Of a stretch of DNA of 64,000 nt, positions 63,308 through 64,000 are shown in pieces. A program made the position numbers and the translations under genes. This stretch comes from an uncultured delta proteobacterium (GTDB lineage Bacteria; Myxococcota_A; Polyangia; Polyangiales; Polyangiaceae), in contig CAVXQJ010000001.1 in NCBI GenBank assembly GCA_963763745.1, positions 66,431 to 130,430 on the forward strand, written 5' to 3'. The notes below the pieces were generated by a model. It was not told the origin of the DNA and searched no databases. It was given only the letters and a program-made list of their open reading frames with translations. How positions within the stretch are numbered: the first letter of the stretch is position 1; each line of letters opens with the position of its first letter.

Positions 63308-64000
63308 TCACTTGAGCGTGCGCGACAAGAACGCATCGATGCGCACCCACGCATCCTTCGCGGCGGCCTCGTCGTACGCCGCCTTGTTGTCCGAGTTCAT
63401 GAACGCGTGCTGCGCGCCGTCGTAGACCTTCACGTCGACGTCCTTGTTCTTCTCTTTGAGCTTCGCCTCGAAGGCGTGCACGTCGGCTGGTGCGATGCCG
63501 CGATCGGCGCCGGCGAAGTTTCCGAGAAACGCGGCGTGCACCGCGCTGATCTTTTCGTCCGACGTGACGAGGTGACCGTAGTTGACGACGACGGCGCGGA
63601 GCTTCGGCTCGATCATCGCGAGCGTGAGCGACCATCCGCCGCCCATGCACCAACCGATGCTTCCGATGCGCGCGGCGTCGACGTCGGGGCGCGCGGCGAG
63701 CCACGCGAATCCCGCTTCCAAATCGGCCGCGGCGCGATCCTCCGGCAAGCCGCGACTGAGCTCGTGCGCTTCGCCTGGATCGTGCGTCGCGCGTCCGCGA
63801 TACAAATCGACGGCGAGCGCATCGTAGCCTTGCGACGCGAATCGCTCGGTGTTGCGCTTCAACCAATCGGTGACGCCCCACCACTCTTGAATCACGATCA
63901 GCGCGGGATGTTTCCCTTCGCCCTTCGCCGCGACGAAATATCCGCGACCGCCGCCCGCGAGATCGATCCACGTCCCGGCGTCGGCCGATTGCGGCCGCGT
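63308..64000 (-). CDS. Dienelactone hydrolase family protein (partial; 5' end beyond window)
   Basis: ...IQEWWG..., nucleophile region IGSIGWCMGG, C-terminal YDGAQHAF; runs to the window edge. Confidence 0.7.
   Translation of the reverse strand, partial: TRPQSADAGTWIDLAGGGRGYFVAAKGEGKHPALIVIQEWWGVTDWLKRNTERFASQGYDALAVDLYRGRATHDPGEAHELSRGLPEDRAAADLEAGFAWLAARPDVDAARIGSIGWCMGGGWSLTLAMIEPKLRAVVVNYGHLVTSDEKISAVHAAFLGNFAGADRGIAPADVHAFEAKLKEKNKDVDVKVYDGAQHAFMNSDNKAAYDEAAAKDAWVRIDAFLSRTLK

Overview
High-GC (~70%) chromosomal segment, almost certainly from a Myxococcota genome. The evidence is MYXO-CTERM-type C-terminal sorting tags on eight proteins, four eukaryotic-like Ser/Thr kinases and a very GC-rich codon style. 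Many universally conserved genes (dnaK, lgt, pcnB, an ABC transporter, a PAP2 phosphatase, a GH5 hydrolase) are split across reading frames. This looks like pervasive indel sequencing error rather than gene decay, so CDS boundaries are approximate.

Housekeeping/accessory genes at 1-12.7 kb:
- frameshifted sugar nucleotidyltransferase
- YcxB-like membrane protein
- lgt
- ABC-2 exporter pair (ATPase plus permease)
- PAP2 phosphatase
- pcnB
- dnaK
- two integral membrane GT-C-like proteins (DUF2029/GT87-like 'PFAYPP' protein plus a partner)
- tRNA-Arg(CCG) at 12.75 kb

Lower-GC islet (~12.8-17.7 kb), bounded on the far side by an inverted 21-nt copy of the tRNA 3' T-arm:
- one giant (~1330 aa) gene: HIT domain, PLD-family (HKD) nuclease, SF2 helicase, S24/LexA-like peptidase fold, C-terminal uncharacterized domain
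- a tightly coupled small PD-(D/E)xK-like protein
- This is a candidate undescribed anti-phage defense module.

Paralog array (18.6-41.2 kb): seven tandem paralogous secreted proteins (~800-940 aa). Each has a signal peptide, a conserved N-terminal domain, a Kelch-type beta-propeller (one paralog carries an SBBP propeller instead), a conserved ~200-aa cysteine-rich module and a MYXO-CTERM tag. Interspersed, in three operon-like blocks, are two Ser/Thr kinases, a TPR+PEGA+beta-barrel outer-membrane protein and two small lipoproteins. The array is bracketed by a 116-nt near-identical direct repeat.

Downstream (41.4-64 kb):
- DUF998-like membrane protein
- TLC-like nucleotide transporter
- GH25 lysozyme with MYXO-CTERM
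- alpha/beta hydrolase
- Ser/Thr kinase with a HEAT-like tail, plus a coupled degenerate HD-GYP-like gene
- beta-helix lipoprotein plus diheme cytochrome pair
- TolC-like OMP
- PolX
- a tightly coupled small zinc-ribbon/acidic-repeat protein plus radical SAM/SPASM enzyme (candidate peptide-modification pair)
- GH5 hydrolase
- SnoaL-like cyclase
- separately encoded LigD ligase and LigD polymerase domains with two lipoproteins
- a partial dienelactone hydrolase

No CRISPR array, rRNA, integrase or transposase was seen.
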